From Ramazzottius varieornatus (Eukaryota; Animalia; Tardigrada), in NCBI GenBank assembly GCA_001949185.1, contig BDGG01000011.1, positions 1,169,005 through 1,233,004 of the forward strand: a DNA stretch of 64,000 nucleotides, read 5' to 3'. A model generated the notes under the pieces. It saw only the letters and a list, made by a program, of their open reading frames with translations, did not search any database and was not told where the DNA came from. Numbering within the stretch: position 1 is the stretch's first letter; each line of letters begins with the position of its first letter. The position numbers were made by a program, and so were the translations under genes. Shown piece by piece: positions 1-12,334 of this stretch.

Positions 1-72
1 TCCTATTTGTTTGGGTAAGTATCTGGATGGACACTTCCTTGTCGAATATTGGATGAGTATGCTCACTCGCAG

Positions 73-2471
73 GTGGGGATCGCTGTCCCGTTCGTCAATG
101 GGCTCATTGGCAATGCAACCTTTCCCGCGTCTTCACGGATTCGGCAAGGTCGGCTTATCGGTGACGCAATTGGAGCATCCTGCTTTCCACTTGTGTATCC
201 ATTCGTCTCTCCGTGCTTGATAGTCAACTCCATCTGTATGCCATCGACAGATTCTTACAGCGGCTTCGCGTGTACTTGCAAGTTTGGATTTGTGGCCAAC
301 GCCGACAACACACGCTGCATCAGCGGTAAGCCGTTCGAAAGCTTGATCTTATGTTTATTCTCAAAGATGTTTCTGTCCTTGTGGTACTGTAGATTCGTCA
401 ACCCCGCTGAGCTCGACCGAATGTGTGGACGAGAGCGACTGCGATGGATTTCCGGGCACCATCTGCCGCAGGAACACACTGTTCTCTTCGATCAACGGCG
501 CGAAACCTACCTTGTCATCGACAATGAAGCGCTGCCAATGCGCAGAAGACAGAGACGTGGATCCCACTCAGCCACTCGGATGCCAAAAAAGTGATAGAAA
601 CTCGGCCGTAATCTGAGCAACATGTTCTTGAATGTTTCTTCTCCAACTTGGTCACCAATTATTTTCAGCGAACTTCAACTGCAGCAAGGCTGGGTCCACA
701 GGTTACTGCAGGAAAAGGAACCCGGAAGACGTCTGCCTGGACAGCAAGTGCAGCTGTCCAGCAGGAACTGGCGTGGACAACGTCACGAAAGGGTGCGCGC
801 GTAAGTCACAGATGTTTCGGTCGACGTGAGAGATTGTCTTTTACAAATGGGTTCTTCATGCATTGTCTGCTGCTGCTGTCGGACTGCCTAACTGTTTGTA
901 CTCTAGGTCCCGATAAGAAGACTTGTGAGAAGAAGGACGACTGCCCGCTGCCCGATAAATTCACCACCGTATCTACGGAAGGTTTTTGCGATCGGAAGCT
1001 TGGAAAGTGCAGTTGTGCAATGGCGAAACAAGGTGCAAGCCCAAGTGCGAATCCACCAGTTCCCGAGATTCCAGCGGGCACCGCCGGCACTTCCGTATAC
1101 GACTACGCCAGTAGAACTATAAAATGCGTTCGTAAGTGTATTCATCCTATTTCAATGTCAGACACAGCAGCCTACCCACGGACGTCGCCTGCATAAGATC
1201 TTATACCCACCCCTGACGGGGAAAAGTGACCGAACGACAGGTGGGCCCCTAGCGTGGCTTGGTTGATCACTGATTTTTTACAACCACAATACTGCCTCAC
1301 ATTAGGTGACGGCTGCTGGCTGGCAAGTGCCTACCTGAGCAGTGCGCCCCTTACTGCCTGGGGTGGGTCTAAAGGTCTTATGCAGGCGACGTCCATGAGC
1401 CTACCTGTGGTCGCGAGGCTCAATACATCAATCAATGACAACAGCTAAATTACGACTGTAACACATATGTAATATCGCGAGTAGGCTGCTGTGTCCGACA
1501 TTATTTACGTGTACTTGCATCTGGGTCAGCCTATTTCTGATGCACCAACTAGCTCGTGCTGCTGCTGTGTCAGAAGAACTGCCATCTGATCAGCTGCAAA
1601 AATCTCTTTGATTTAATCGCGCATTTTGTATTTACAGCAATCCAGGTCCTGGCGAGATGTGCAGACAACGAACACTGCGCAGTCTCACTGAACCAGACTT
1701 GTTATAAGTCGTCTCCAGACCAGGCTTTCGGCAGTTGTCTCTGTGCCCCACTAAAGAGACCACTAATGGGAGGGTTGACCTGCCGTGGTAAGCTTTTTGA
1801 GTTATCGGTCCCACTCAGCATATACATCTCAGAAGGATAAAGTGATGGTTCCAAAGCAGTCAACGTACAATTTTTGTTGACTTTGAACCATCAGAACTGA
1901 GGGGCGGGGTCGTGAGGCGCTACGATCAAAAGCCTTGATCGACACTTTCGGTGCGATCAGCTGTTCACCTCGTAAACCGGCAGCATGTGTGTCTTGAACT
2001 TTCTTCACTCTGTCCCATCCTAAAAAGTTCACCACAAACGCGCGATCTCAGAGGTAGTAAAAAAAACAAGCATAAGACATTACCGGAGGAAAGCGACAGA
2101 GCAACGAACACATATTGCCAGTTTACGAGGTGAACAGCTGATCGCACCAAAAGTGTCGATCTGGGCTTCTGAGCGTACCGCCTTACGACCCCGCCCCTCA
2201 GTTTTGACTGTTCGATTGACCATGGTTCCATGTTAATGGCCGCAATGGTTTGCATGTGTCTTTAGATGTTTTTGGCAAATGTTGCCATCCCACCGCCCCA
2301 GTCGGAACTTTTCACTGCGGAATCCCCATTGTCCCCAAGGCCGGTGTCTCTGATTTGACATGTTTGCCGTCCACTTCCACCTGTGGATGCAGCACCGGTG
2401 TGTTCCAACCTGAGGTTGGATGTGTGGCCACATTGCTCGGTCCATCTCCGCAATGCAATATATTCCTTTAG
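73..2471 (+). CDS. Modular Cys-rich protein (EB/EGF-like modules), probably extracellular; 5' end likely outside the window. Approximate exons 73-148, ~223-325, ~393-590, 669-800, 907-1131, 1639-1787, ~2265-2471
   Basis: GT-AG bounded exons join in frame through phase-1 introns and give Cys-rich modules, e.g. CVDESDCDGFPGTICR..RCQC..GC, CEKKDDCP..GFCDRKLGKCSC, CADNEHC..TC..GSCLC..TC; the last exon ends PQCNIFL*. Confidence 0.75.
1156..1500. mobile_element. MITE-like element in an intron
   Basis: 20-bp terminal inverted repeats tgtcagacacagcagcctac / gtaggctgctgtgtccgaca (1 mismatch), plus an internal inverted pair gacgtcgcctgcataaga / tcttatgcaggcgacgtc. Confidence 0.7.
1885..2213. mobile_element. 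Foldback/MITE with ~100-bp inverted arms, in an intron
   Basis: tcagaactgaggggcggggtcgtgaggcg...tgcgatcagctgttcacctcgtaaac (~1891-1977) is mirrored by gtttacgaggtgaacagctgatcgca...cgccttacgaccccgcccctcagttttga (~2121-2207). Confidence 0.75.
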
Positions 2472-3048
2472 TCAATCTAAACTTTCAGAAAAATTGTGCA
2501 CTTTGTTGGCTGGGAGGGTAATTTGCCCTGCACTTAAGATTCTACCAGCCTTATTAATTGAAGAAAAAGATATACGGAACACATCTCGTTCCGATAAGGG
2601 CAAATCAAGATTCAAATAAAGCTCTAGTGGAGCTGGTCCAGTTGTTCGAGATGTGCTACCTTATTTGACAGCTTTAGAGCTCAAAGGAGAGCAAAATGAA
2701 CGCAACCGCCCCCGATCATTCAGTGCAGCTTAGCAGATTCGGTTGGATCACCCGATCAAGCCTCTTGAGACATGGACAGTGCAAGACAGTGCATTCAGTG
2801 ACTTTGGCTTCCGCCTTGGTACAGTCTAAGGTAAATGTATGGCTAGACTAGTGTTTCTCAAGAATCGACCGATTCGGTAACATATTTCCAAAGAGTGGAC
2901 AGTGAACACTCTACAAGGTCGGGTTATACGAGGTTTGCCGAAAAAATGTCCAAGGTCCTCTGTGAGCTTCCGAGTTGTCATCGACTACTGCAGCACTAAC
3001 GGGATCCAGTAACATCGCCCTCCGACGAATCACCGTGGAGTCACTTCG

Positions 3049-3224
3049 GGGGTTAATCTGCCCTTAATCCCTCTAAGCCCGTATACAGGCGCGGTGCCCT
3101 GCCATGGAGGTCTTATGGAAAAATCAGCAATCAGCTTGACTTCTTGATTTGCTACCACAAGACGTCCATGGCGGGGCACCGCGCCTGTATACGGGCTTAG
3201 AGGGATTAAGGGCAGGTTAACCCC
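3049..3224. repeat. Near-perfect 176-bp palindrome; probable TTAA-type MITE
   Basis: Arms ggggttaatctgcccttaatccctctaagcccgtatacaggcgcggtgccctgccatgga / tccatggcggggcaccgcgcctgtatacgggcttagagggattaagggcaggttaacccc; TTAA at 3053-3056 and 3217-3220. Confidence 0.8.
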
Positions 3225-3451
3225 TGCTCGACGGCGTCGACCATTGCTCTTACACTGAATTTCATACTGGTTATCATGTACGAATTTACAGTCTTACAGC
3301 ATATTGTACTGTGCGCATACGTTACGATACAGCGATCAAAACGCCATCAAAAATTTGAGAAGGTGAACGCCCAGGTAACGAACTTACATTCGAATGTTTA
3401 CCTTCAGGCGCTACCACAAATTCGTTGTATAAGCACATTATTACGTCTGCA

Positions 3452-6400
3452 TCAAAACGGAATATGGGAGTAATTATACCGCACAACCAGTTTTGAAGAT
3501 TGAAGATTCATCCCGATGTAAATACCTGTCATAAGCAGACCGGCCAAAAGGGGCCAGAACGAGAAGATGGCGGTACAAGCGGAGCTCGAACTGTCCTTGC
3601 TTATTCCCCCATCGCCGATGCTGGATGGATTTGTGCTGTCTGTGATCAGGCTTTCTGCCGTGGATTCTATGTTTCCGCCGCTGACAATGGGAGGCGAAGA
3701 GTTGAGATTGTCGCTGCTCCACGTGTTGCACGAATCAGCTTTACACACGCATATCGTAAGGGGAATGTTACTGGCGATAATGAGATCGTCAAAGCAACCC
3801 CAACCTTTCGTATCCAGGTCGGTCTTTACATGGGCTGGAGTTTTATCTCCCACTACGTAGCATGATCGATATGTGTTAAGCGCTGAAAAACATAAATAAA
3901 ATCTTGAATTACACATACTGTTATCCTTTGAGTTTTGTGGCCGCAACTGCGGGATATCCAGCCAACCGTTTCTCTTCAAATTTCTTCCTTTGTTTGAGGT
4001 ACTGTCGAAGAGGTGCATGACGGAACCAGTTTTATAGATTCTTGCGTCATTGACCTGTTTTTATTATTTCGTTTATTTCTTATTTCTGCGGAACTTGTGG
4101 TTAATGCCGGTGTTATCACTACGAGGGAGAGGTTATTGAGTTAGCCATAACGACCTGCGGTTGTTGAGTTAGCCACCGCTGCGGTATGTGGTGGCGCACA
4201 GTCAGGGCAATAGCCAAAAAACGCGATAATCAATACCGCTCTTCTAAACTACCGTATGAGGCGCATACCGCTGTTATCAAGGCTGATAATTTCGAGAGCC
4301 GAATGAACATTTTCTTGACCGGAATGCCCATCACAGAACTGAAACTTCTCAACGATTGCTCAATGATAGCTGTGGCACAGTGTTGTCGGTTAAGGGTCAT
4401 CCTAGTATCTGTACAGCTCAACAGTAAGTCTTCCAGGGCATTTTCTTCGTGGAGAGGAATTTTAGGCTGTTTTCATGACTTCCGACGTGTTGACCATTCA
4501 GCCGAATGTCCAGCGTCTGCCAATTTACTCCGTACGCCTCCGCAGTTTCCCGCATTCCCCATCCCATTTCTCTCACCGCATGAACCGCTGCTTGCATCGT
4601 TAACTGCGCATGGACCTCTAGTGCAGTCTTCAGCTTGAGAGACGCCATGTTTATTCCGACAGAGTTGATAACAAAACTGCTGTACGAAATTTGGCCTCGC
4701 AGTGAAAAAAATAATTCTTATTGTCATTGAAAACCGCGTCGTCAGCGCCTCTAGTGGCCTTAGTTTCATTCCTGGTCCAGGCTCTCTAACATGGGGTTTG
4801 ACAGTTTGCCGAACTGGGGATCTTGTGCATGCATTGAGAACCTAAGCCCATCGCAAGAAGTACCATTCGACAGCCCGTTATTTTCTCTGTCGAATCATCC
4901 AAACATGTGTTAGAATATGTCAGACAGAACGGGCGAAAACAGTTGGCTAACTCAATAACCGAAGGTTCTTATGGCTAAATCAATAACCTCTCCCTCGTAG
5001 GCAAAGTTTATGGAGAAGATTTGGACATCTTTCACGTGTAAAGTTCAGCCTTTGAACTTGAGAAACTCATAATGAGCTGCATAATCTTGAAATGGCTGGC
5101 CCGGTTGATTTGATATCGGTTCGACCCGGTCGCGAAACCATGAACCATAGTTGCGACACGGTTCGGCAGTACTAACGGCATAGTGCCCAGCTTCGCTCAG
5201 TGTCGCGCACCACGCACCATAACCCCTCCATAACTGGTGCCAGGTTTGGCCATCCTTCTTGTGGATGCGCCAAATAGCGCTCAGACCTCTCGTGTGATCA
5301 AACTCTTCATACAATCTCCGTAAAATCAATGGATCTGTTTCGCAAGTCATGTTTTCACCAATCACAGCATATGTATAGATTTATACTGCGCAGCTATCCC
5401 GGCTTATGTTTTCCCTAGTATCGCTGCACAGAATTTCAAAATCTGTGCAAGCTGAGTTGATCGACGTATTGATTTGTTACGTTTCAAATTCCGAATTTCA
5501 AATTTTTGAATTCGTTTCTCCTAGTGTTTTGCGATTTCGTTCTTACTCGCGAGATGCTTTCCGGTTGCTCGATCCTCTTTATGCTCATTACCCTAAGGCA
5601 TGATGGAAGGTGGAAGTTTTAGCCAGAAGGACGGTGATGATCTCCAGCCAAGCCGGAGGGAAAGTTTTGCAAGCCGTCCCATTTCATTGCTCTTCTCCGT
5701 CAAGTAGCCGCCGAGGATCCATCCCAGCACTCAAGTGGAGGAACCAGCTGTTCCTGTTGCGCAGAAATCAAGTTAAGAAGTTAGAGAATTTCCGGTGATT
5801 CATCGAGGGAAGAACATTCGAGATAGCTTCGATAACGATGATGATGAAGCGACGTCGAGGTGAGCTTTTCTTTCTATTACTTTGCCCTACCCATGTGAAA
5901 TCACGCATTCACCAAGTGTCTGCGCCAGTGGAACTGGGTCTTAACACCGCGCTTTTGCTTGCAGGAAAGCTTGTTCTCTCGAGTAGAGATGGTGATAAGG
6001 ACGATGGGAAACACCAGGTGAATGCTAATAGGGGAATCAATTTAAGTAATCCGAAAAAGAAAGCTGAGCATGGGGTCGATAATGCTGATCGCTTCAGCGA
6101 GGCAGACGACCGACCCGAAGCGACAGACTTGCTAACATTCTGTCAACTGCCAATGAGACCGAACAGAAGCACGGGACATGAAGCTGGACTTGCAGGACAG
6201 TGGGTGCGCGCGTTCCAGGAAGCTCTGCTCCTACAAAAGGCCGCCAGGAAGGAAAGTGCGACTTCGAAACCTCGACAACTGGAGCCGAGGCGAGTACGAC
6301 CAAAGCCCGTATCAAAAGTAACCAAGAAAAGACTTTTGACTTACAACATTTCTAAAGCGTACGGTGCACGAACTGCTCAAATAATCCTGCTAGCTCCGAT

Positions 6401-8778
6401 CTGAAGAGTGGAGAGAATAAGTTTCGATTGCAACTGATTCAGTAATTGCTGAAGTGGATTCGAATCTGACCAGTTCTTCTGCTTCTCAGCGCACTACGTT
6501 ATGAAATCAGGAAAACCTTCGGTGATGCTCTTTGATGCTTGGTTTTCCGTAATGTCGAACCGTAAAGCACCAATCGTTGGCCAAGATTCACACAGCGGTC
6601 AAACAAATTTCGAAGTGCGGAGGACCACAGACGAAAGAGAAGAAAAAACGGCAAGCTGACCCCGCGACAGTGGCGCACCTCCGGTTTCTTATGCTATGAT
6701 TCATTTCGCCGACTGCGAAACGTTTTCTGCACAGAATTTTAATTGTATAAAATCATTATTTCACACGATTTTAGTCAAAAACATGACTTGCGAAACAGGT
6801 CTAGTGTCTACCAGGCGTTGATATAGTATGTACACAATAATAGGGGGACTGGACCCTGGTTTTCAAACGCCGGTAGCGTGTTGCTGACCTTAGCAACGTC
6901 ATTACATTCGAACTATATCCTATCATCATTTCAGATTCTGACCGTATGTGACTGTCCTGTGTTTCGTTATCGAGCATGTCGACCGACTGAATAAAGATCA
7001 GTTTTTAAGACTTCAAAAGGTCGGTAGTATGTGGAGTATTAGGTAGTGTCTGTGGTGTCTATTGATAGGTAGTACGCGGAGTGGTTGGGTAGTGCGGAAT
7101 GTAAAAGTGGTGGCATGCGGAGTATTTTGGTAAAGCGGGTAGTGTGCGGAGCCATTACCCATTTTTAGATCATGTTATCCGAAGAAAATGTTTCGGGGGA
7201 AGGAGTTGCAGGTTTTTCTTTGACAGGTGGCGGCATGCTACAGGAGGGTCGAGGTATCATTCTCGTACGTGTGATGGTTTCTGATTTTCACTCTGACTAA
7301 AGCCATGGTCATTTTGCCCCATTTCAACTGGTTTAGGTCGGTGGGCGGTGCCAAATCTGAGCAACCAGTCCCCACTTTTCCGACTGACCACACTTTCGGA
7401 ACATGACGACCAGTGCACCACCTACCAACTCAAAGTGGTCAACGTTCATAGTTTCTTGCTGACCACTATGCAGACCTTTTCTTGAGTCGAAAATATAAAA
7501 GAAGTAAATCTTTCCCGTCTCACGGACTTCTTGAAAACTGTTTGTAAGATGATCAGTAGATGCACCAGGCCCCAGTTATATTTTCGGTCGAAGTTGCTTC
7601 GCGATTGAGGTCTTTCAGCTCTCACAAGATAAATTTTATTGTTTGGACTCCTGTCGAGTTTTCCACCCGGATAACTTTGGCAGCCAATGTTTCGAAAGAG
7701 AACTTGATGGTGCTTTTTCAAGAGCGACCATCGACGAAAACGAGAAAATGCCCTGTTTCAGTTTGCTCTTGTTTGAAGGTCGATTTCTGTGTTGTGAATG
7801 CCCTCCAAAGTCCACCACCTTCACGAGGTCGGAAGAGTTGAAAAAGCACACGAAATCGACAAAGTCCAAAGCACAGTACAAACAGCATACAAACATCGCA
7901 CTTGTAAAAAACGAAGGTACGTACATCTCGCATATAAACTAACGGCGCATAGACACCACCTTTCACCGCACTGGAACTTGCTCCTAACCGGTATGCTGTT
8001 TTACGTCATTCAAATCTACTAAAGCCGCATACAAAGGACCTTTTAATGATAGTCATCGACGACTGCAGCTTTAGCATAATATGCGAATTTTCTAAAAGCA
8101 CTGTCAAACTTACGTTGTCTATGATTGCCATAATATATCGTTGTAAGGCAGAAATACTCCGCTGGCTTTGCTGCTTGATTTGGGATATCCACACAGTCCA
8201 ATTCGTAGTTTTTTAGCGTAGATAAGCTGTTAGCGCATTTGTCCCATTGACTTTTCACGTAACTCTGATTGGCTTGACTGTTAGGGACTGCACCGTGACC
8301 AGTGTCCGTCCATCCTGAAGACTGACACACCACGCATCTTTTGGCTCCTGCAGAGCGGGGCAACGTTTCGTATTGGTCTACTTGTGCATGAAATGCCACC
8401 GGTACTATACCGGAATGTTGCAATATATTAGTTGCCGTTTTGATCAACTTCAAATATCATTCATTAACGGACGGAACCGTCCAGCCTGGACGGTTCCGGG
8501 CAGGGCCGCAGCGGCGTGTGTTGGATGTATCAAGATTGCAATGTGACGTCACAGGCTTTAGGCTGATCGCAGTGCAAAACTGATCACGACGCATGACGTA
8601 GCTGATACATCCAATACAGGCCGCTACGGCCCTGGTTCCGCCAGTGAAATACTGTTGGGCTCAACGTAAAGCTTTCGTTGCACCAACCTTCAGCGAGCAG
8701 CGGAAAAACTGCAGCGGCGACCAGTACAACCAGACAGGAACCGAAATTCATTAACACCGACGTTTGTGAATACAGCAT
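3452..8778 (-). CDS. Ly6/uPAR three-finger (quiver/sleepless-like) protein, probably GPI-anchored. Exons 8778(or 8751)-8688, 8347-8114, 3882-3452
   Basis: Signal-peptide exon (MNFGSCLVVLVAAAVFPLLAE) and two phase-1 introns give the 10-Cys LU pattern CVVC..C..C..C..RSC..C..CVCKADSCN, then a Ser-rich stalk and a hydrophobic C-terminus. Confidence 0.85.
4122..4997 (-). mobile_element. Non-autonomous pogo/Tc1-mariner-type DNA transposon retaining an HTH_psq remnant
   Basis: TA at 4120-4121 and 4998-4999; TIRs cgagggagaggttattgagttagccataa / ttatggctaaatcaataacctctccctcg; internal minus-strand ORF 4418-4648 MQAAVHAVREMGWGMRETAEAYGVNWQTL resembles a psq/CENP-B-type HTH. Confidence 0.85.
8501..8634. 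mobile_element. Short hAT-like MITE in the first intron of the Ly6 gene
   Basis: 32-bp TIRs cagggccgcagcggcgtgtgttggatgtatca / tgatacatccaatacaggccgctacggccctg; 8-bp flanks gttccggg / gttccgcc match at 6 of 8 positions (possible decayed TSD). Confidence 0.7.
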
Positions 8779-9568
8779 CTAGTATATCAGGATCCGGATC
8801 CTCTTGAGAAATACAGCGGACGAAAAATTAATGCTTAGCTTGAGACAACCATCTTCAACACAAGTTAATGAGGCGTTTGCAGTTCGGCTTAGATCTGGCA
8901 GAAAGGATAGTCGGGCGTATCCATGGACATACTTTCTGATACAGCCGCAGTTGTCTGGAAAATGCAGCAAAATGCACTGGGTCGCGAAATTCGAGGCTCA
9001 AAGCTCCATTAGGCGGGGCTTTTGATGTTGTGGGTGGAATCAGCTACTCGCTGGCCGAACACTGCACCACAGCCACGCAACCAGCAGCGAAAATTCCATA
9101 GGCCAAGAATTGTACACTATTGGTGCTGCGTGTGTTTGGGCGTGCGCACAGTTTTTGGTGTGGTGCACTACCGTGCTACTGTACTGTGCTACTGTACATG
9201 CACTGGTGGCTGCGATGAACGGATGGCAGGTAAGCGATGGATAGGTATACCCAAAGTTAATGGCTGACTCGATCCGGACGCAAACATTTTGGTCAGAAGG
9301 ACAGCGACACGGAAAATACTGTTACATGGTTTTTCGAACAGTTTCATCTGCTTCTTGAAGTCGACAAAAGCAACACTAGTGACATTTTCTTCGAATCCCA
9401 TTCGATACACTGGCGAACCGAAGACATCAACTTGTTTGTGTACCGTCACTCTGGCTCGTTCTGCATTTCCGCTTCCAAGATTGGCTTATGGAGATGATTT
9501 CTCTTGCCGTCTCCTGAATCGCCGTGAATTGAGTAATGCTCAGCGAAATTTTCCTGATGAGTACGGAA

Positions 9569-9658
9569 AGCTCCCTTATTTTCGAAAAATAGCGTAACCG
9601 AAAATACGGTTAGCTAGCATTGTAAAGCATGGTGGTTGCCCAACTATTCAAGCTTGTG
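9569..9658 (+). repeat. Dispersed ~90-bp repeat, copy 1 (copy 2 at 17367-17457)
   Basis: agctcc..ttattttcg..atagcgtaa..tacggtta.ctagcattg..aagcatggtggttgcccaa.tattcaa..ttgtg is shared in direct orientation. Confidence 0.75.
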
Positions 9659-10278
9659 TCTCAAAACTCGATTTTGCCACAAATTTATTTTTATGGCGAT
9701 CATTTGACCGTCTGACGCTCCTCTTCTTCATTGTGATATTAAGTTCCCCACGAGTTCGCAGGCTACTTTAGGGAAAGAAAGCATGCATGGAGAAAAAAAG
9801 CAAACACTGGGCCGGAATGAAGCTATAGACGGCCCATTCTGCCAAGGAAAGCATGTTTTCAAGTATGGCAAAAAAGGCGACAAGATTATTTTCGAATTGG
9901 CGCGCGCTTCCAGCCCGTCACACTGCAAGCGTGAGGCACTTGAGAAAGCAGTCTGGTCGATTGTTGCTTGACGTGAGGGTTTCCACCTTCGGAAGGGAGA
10001 GCATCAGAACAGTATGTTCATAAGACATCAGAAGTAAATAGGTTGCTTTTTTATCCCTGCTTCGAGTGTATCCACCAAGGAGAACCAAGCTTTGCAGGAG
10101 AAGAAAAGAAACGTCCGAAAACAAACTCGAATTTGCCCGTTCAGGTTAGCTGTAGAAAAATCTAGCGGGCGTGTTAATTTGTCCTGCAACGTAATCGTCC
10201 CAAACGATTCCGGTAATCCGGTTCCGCTTGTTAGCTACAGTGGGAAAGTGAACGGGAGCTGGCAACATAGTCTTTCTA

Positions 10279-10595
10279 CGAGGTAGACGGCACGAAGATT
10301 AGTCGGAAATTCCGGCGTGAAGATTACAACGCAACATTGCTTTCTATGCTTGATTGTTTGATCCTAGTACACCTCATACGCTCTTTAGCATTGCTCGACA
10401 CACCTCTCCCTTTCAAGGCTCACATCTGACCAGTTTGACTCCTGTTTCACCTCTGAAGGTCCATAAAGAATGGGAATAAGTTTTTCTTGATTTAGGCACC
10501 AAGAAAGTTGAGTTTGACGCAGAGAAAGCCAAAATTGAGACCTGTAATCACCACGCCGGAATTTCCGACCTGTAATCCCCATGCCGTCTACCTCG
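10279..10595. mobile_element. TA-flanked MITE (Tc1/mariner-pogo superfamily)
   Basis: ta|cgaggtagacggca...gtcggaaattccggcgtg at the left end is mirrored by cacgccggaatttccgac...tgccgtctacctcg|ta at the right end. Confidence 0.75.
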
Positions 10596-11340
10596 TATTG
10601 ATATAGCAGACTGCGGTCTGCGTTATCCATACTACAGCGCCCTTGCGGCGAAATAACGAAACCGCAGAAAATACACCCCGTTCACGCCAAATCGCCACCA
10701 CCTGGCATTGCAACGTTAAAAAATCCATCTTGCCCGTTTTCTGCTCATCCCAACTCGCCATTTGCATAACTTTCCAAGCTGTTTTGACTGAACCATGGCT
10801 TGCTTCGCTCCTCCAAGAGACAGCGTGAAACAATTGACTGGTATGACTTCAGGTCAGGAAGACGTATAGTAAGTAAGCGAGTAAAACGCAGTCTGCAAAA
10901 TTCAATAATCGAGTTCCCTTTAGCAACCTCATTCAGAAAGGCTTACAGCCTCCGGAACTCTCTGTTGGAAACGAGAAAGACCGCGGAAATATCAAACGAG
11001 CTCGGCAAACGAATTACAACCTTGAAGTTCGGCCATTTTGCCGAGAAATCCCGTTTTGTCGAAAAATTTCCACACACAGTCCTGAACGGCAGATTCATGA
11101 GATCAGCCATATTTTCCGTAGCTCCGTCTCCGGTTTGACTGTCTTAAGCAGCGGTACCGCGGGACTTCAATGGAAGACTGAGAAAACAACTTCAGAAAAC
11201 GACCTAAAAAACCGAAAAGTTGAGTGCAGTTTCAGCTAACCACCTTCCCTAGCTCCATGTCGATCCTGGCTTTTTGTGAGCAGATTTTAGGCCAGTAAAT
11301 TGGGCCAAGGTAGCAAACAGAAAGTTAAACCACGGAAAAT

Positions 11341-11598
11341 CAGTCCAACCTGTGAGATGTGACAGTTCAAACGCCCGAAATCAGTTCCGAACGGTTCATG
11401 TGTGTACGGAGTTGCTCGCCATGCTGTTCGTATGAGGCCGATCAGCTGATCAAACACGCGCTTGATCACTTGATCAGGTCAAGCCATAACCGGACGTCGA
11501 TCAACTGATCGTGCTGCGCAGTGCTTGGCCAGCAGTCTCACACAGAAACGCTGTTCGGTAGCAGAAGAAGTAATTGTCACATCTCACAGGTAGGACTG
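11341..11598. mobile_element. Tc1/mariner-like MITE
   Basis: TIRs cagtccaacctgtgagatgtgaca / tgtcacatctcacaggtaggactg; TA follows on the right side only. Confidence 0.7.
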
Positions 11599-12334
11599 TA
11601 ACAATCCAGTCGAGAACGCCTTAATTTTATAGGTGGTAGCGACTTGGCGTGAACGGGGTGCAGCTGGCTGGAAACAATATGTCTCTAAATCTTTCAACAG
11701 AAATTTACAATAGCTGTATACAGGATAACAGGGTCGATTGCTTTCGAACGTGCACTGCCCCTCGAGGCAGCGATTCGCGGTCTGTCACTGTATCCTTAGA
11801 CGCAAGTTTGGCGCAGTTGCCCGATGTGTTTTCTACTTCAGGCCGTCGTCCTGATTTTTTACCCATCCGGCTGATCTTGCAGTAACAGCATTATGGCGGT
11901 CGAACGTGGAACTCTAAAACTACGCCCGTATCTGGGCCAATATATAAATACGAGCGCGCATCATTCCGCGTTAATCTTTGTAATCTGTGAAGGTGAAACT
12001 GCGCTTGGTGATTTGGATACAAGGTAAACGGCATAATTCGGCAAAACCAGAACGGTGCAAAACAAAACTGACTAGTGCGCACACGCGCAGATCGTACGCG
12101 CTCATGATACAGCGCATTTATGGACGGGCGTACATAATGATGACGCATCGCATGTCGTCCCTCCTCGGGCTGGCTTTTTGTTCATGGGTAGTCAGGCTCT
12201 GCAACAACTACGACACGGTTGTTACGTGAACTTCCATTTTCCTAAGTAACCGCAACAACCCACTCGACACTCTGGAACTCCACAAACTCACACCAATATT
12301 TAGTACCAGTTCTGACTTATCTGTCGACTTATCG

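Noticed and set aside
5045-6404. ORFs 5045-5365 (-) and 5838-6404 (+) in the Ly6 intron
   Set aside because: No recognisable motif and no consistent splice model; probably transposon debris.
8472-8498. Perfect short hairpin cggaaccgtccagcctggacggttccg
   Set aside because: Too short to assign; adjacent to the MITE insertion site and probably a by-product of it.
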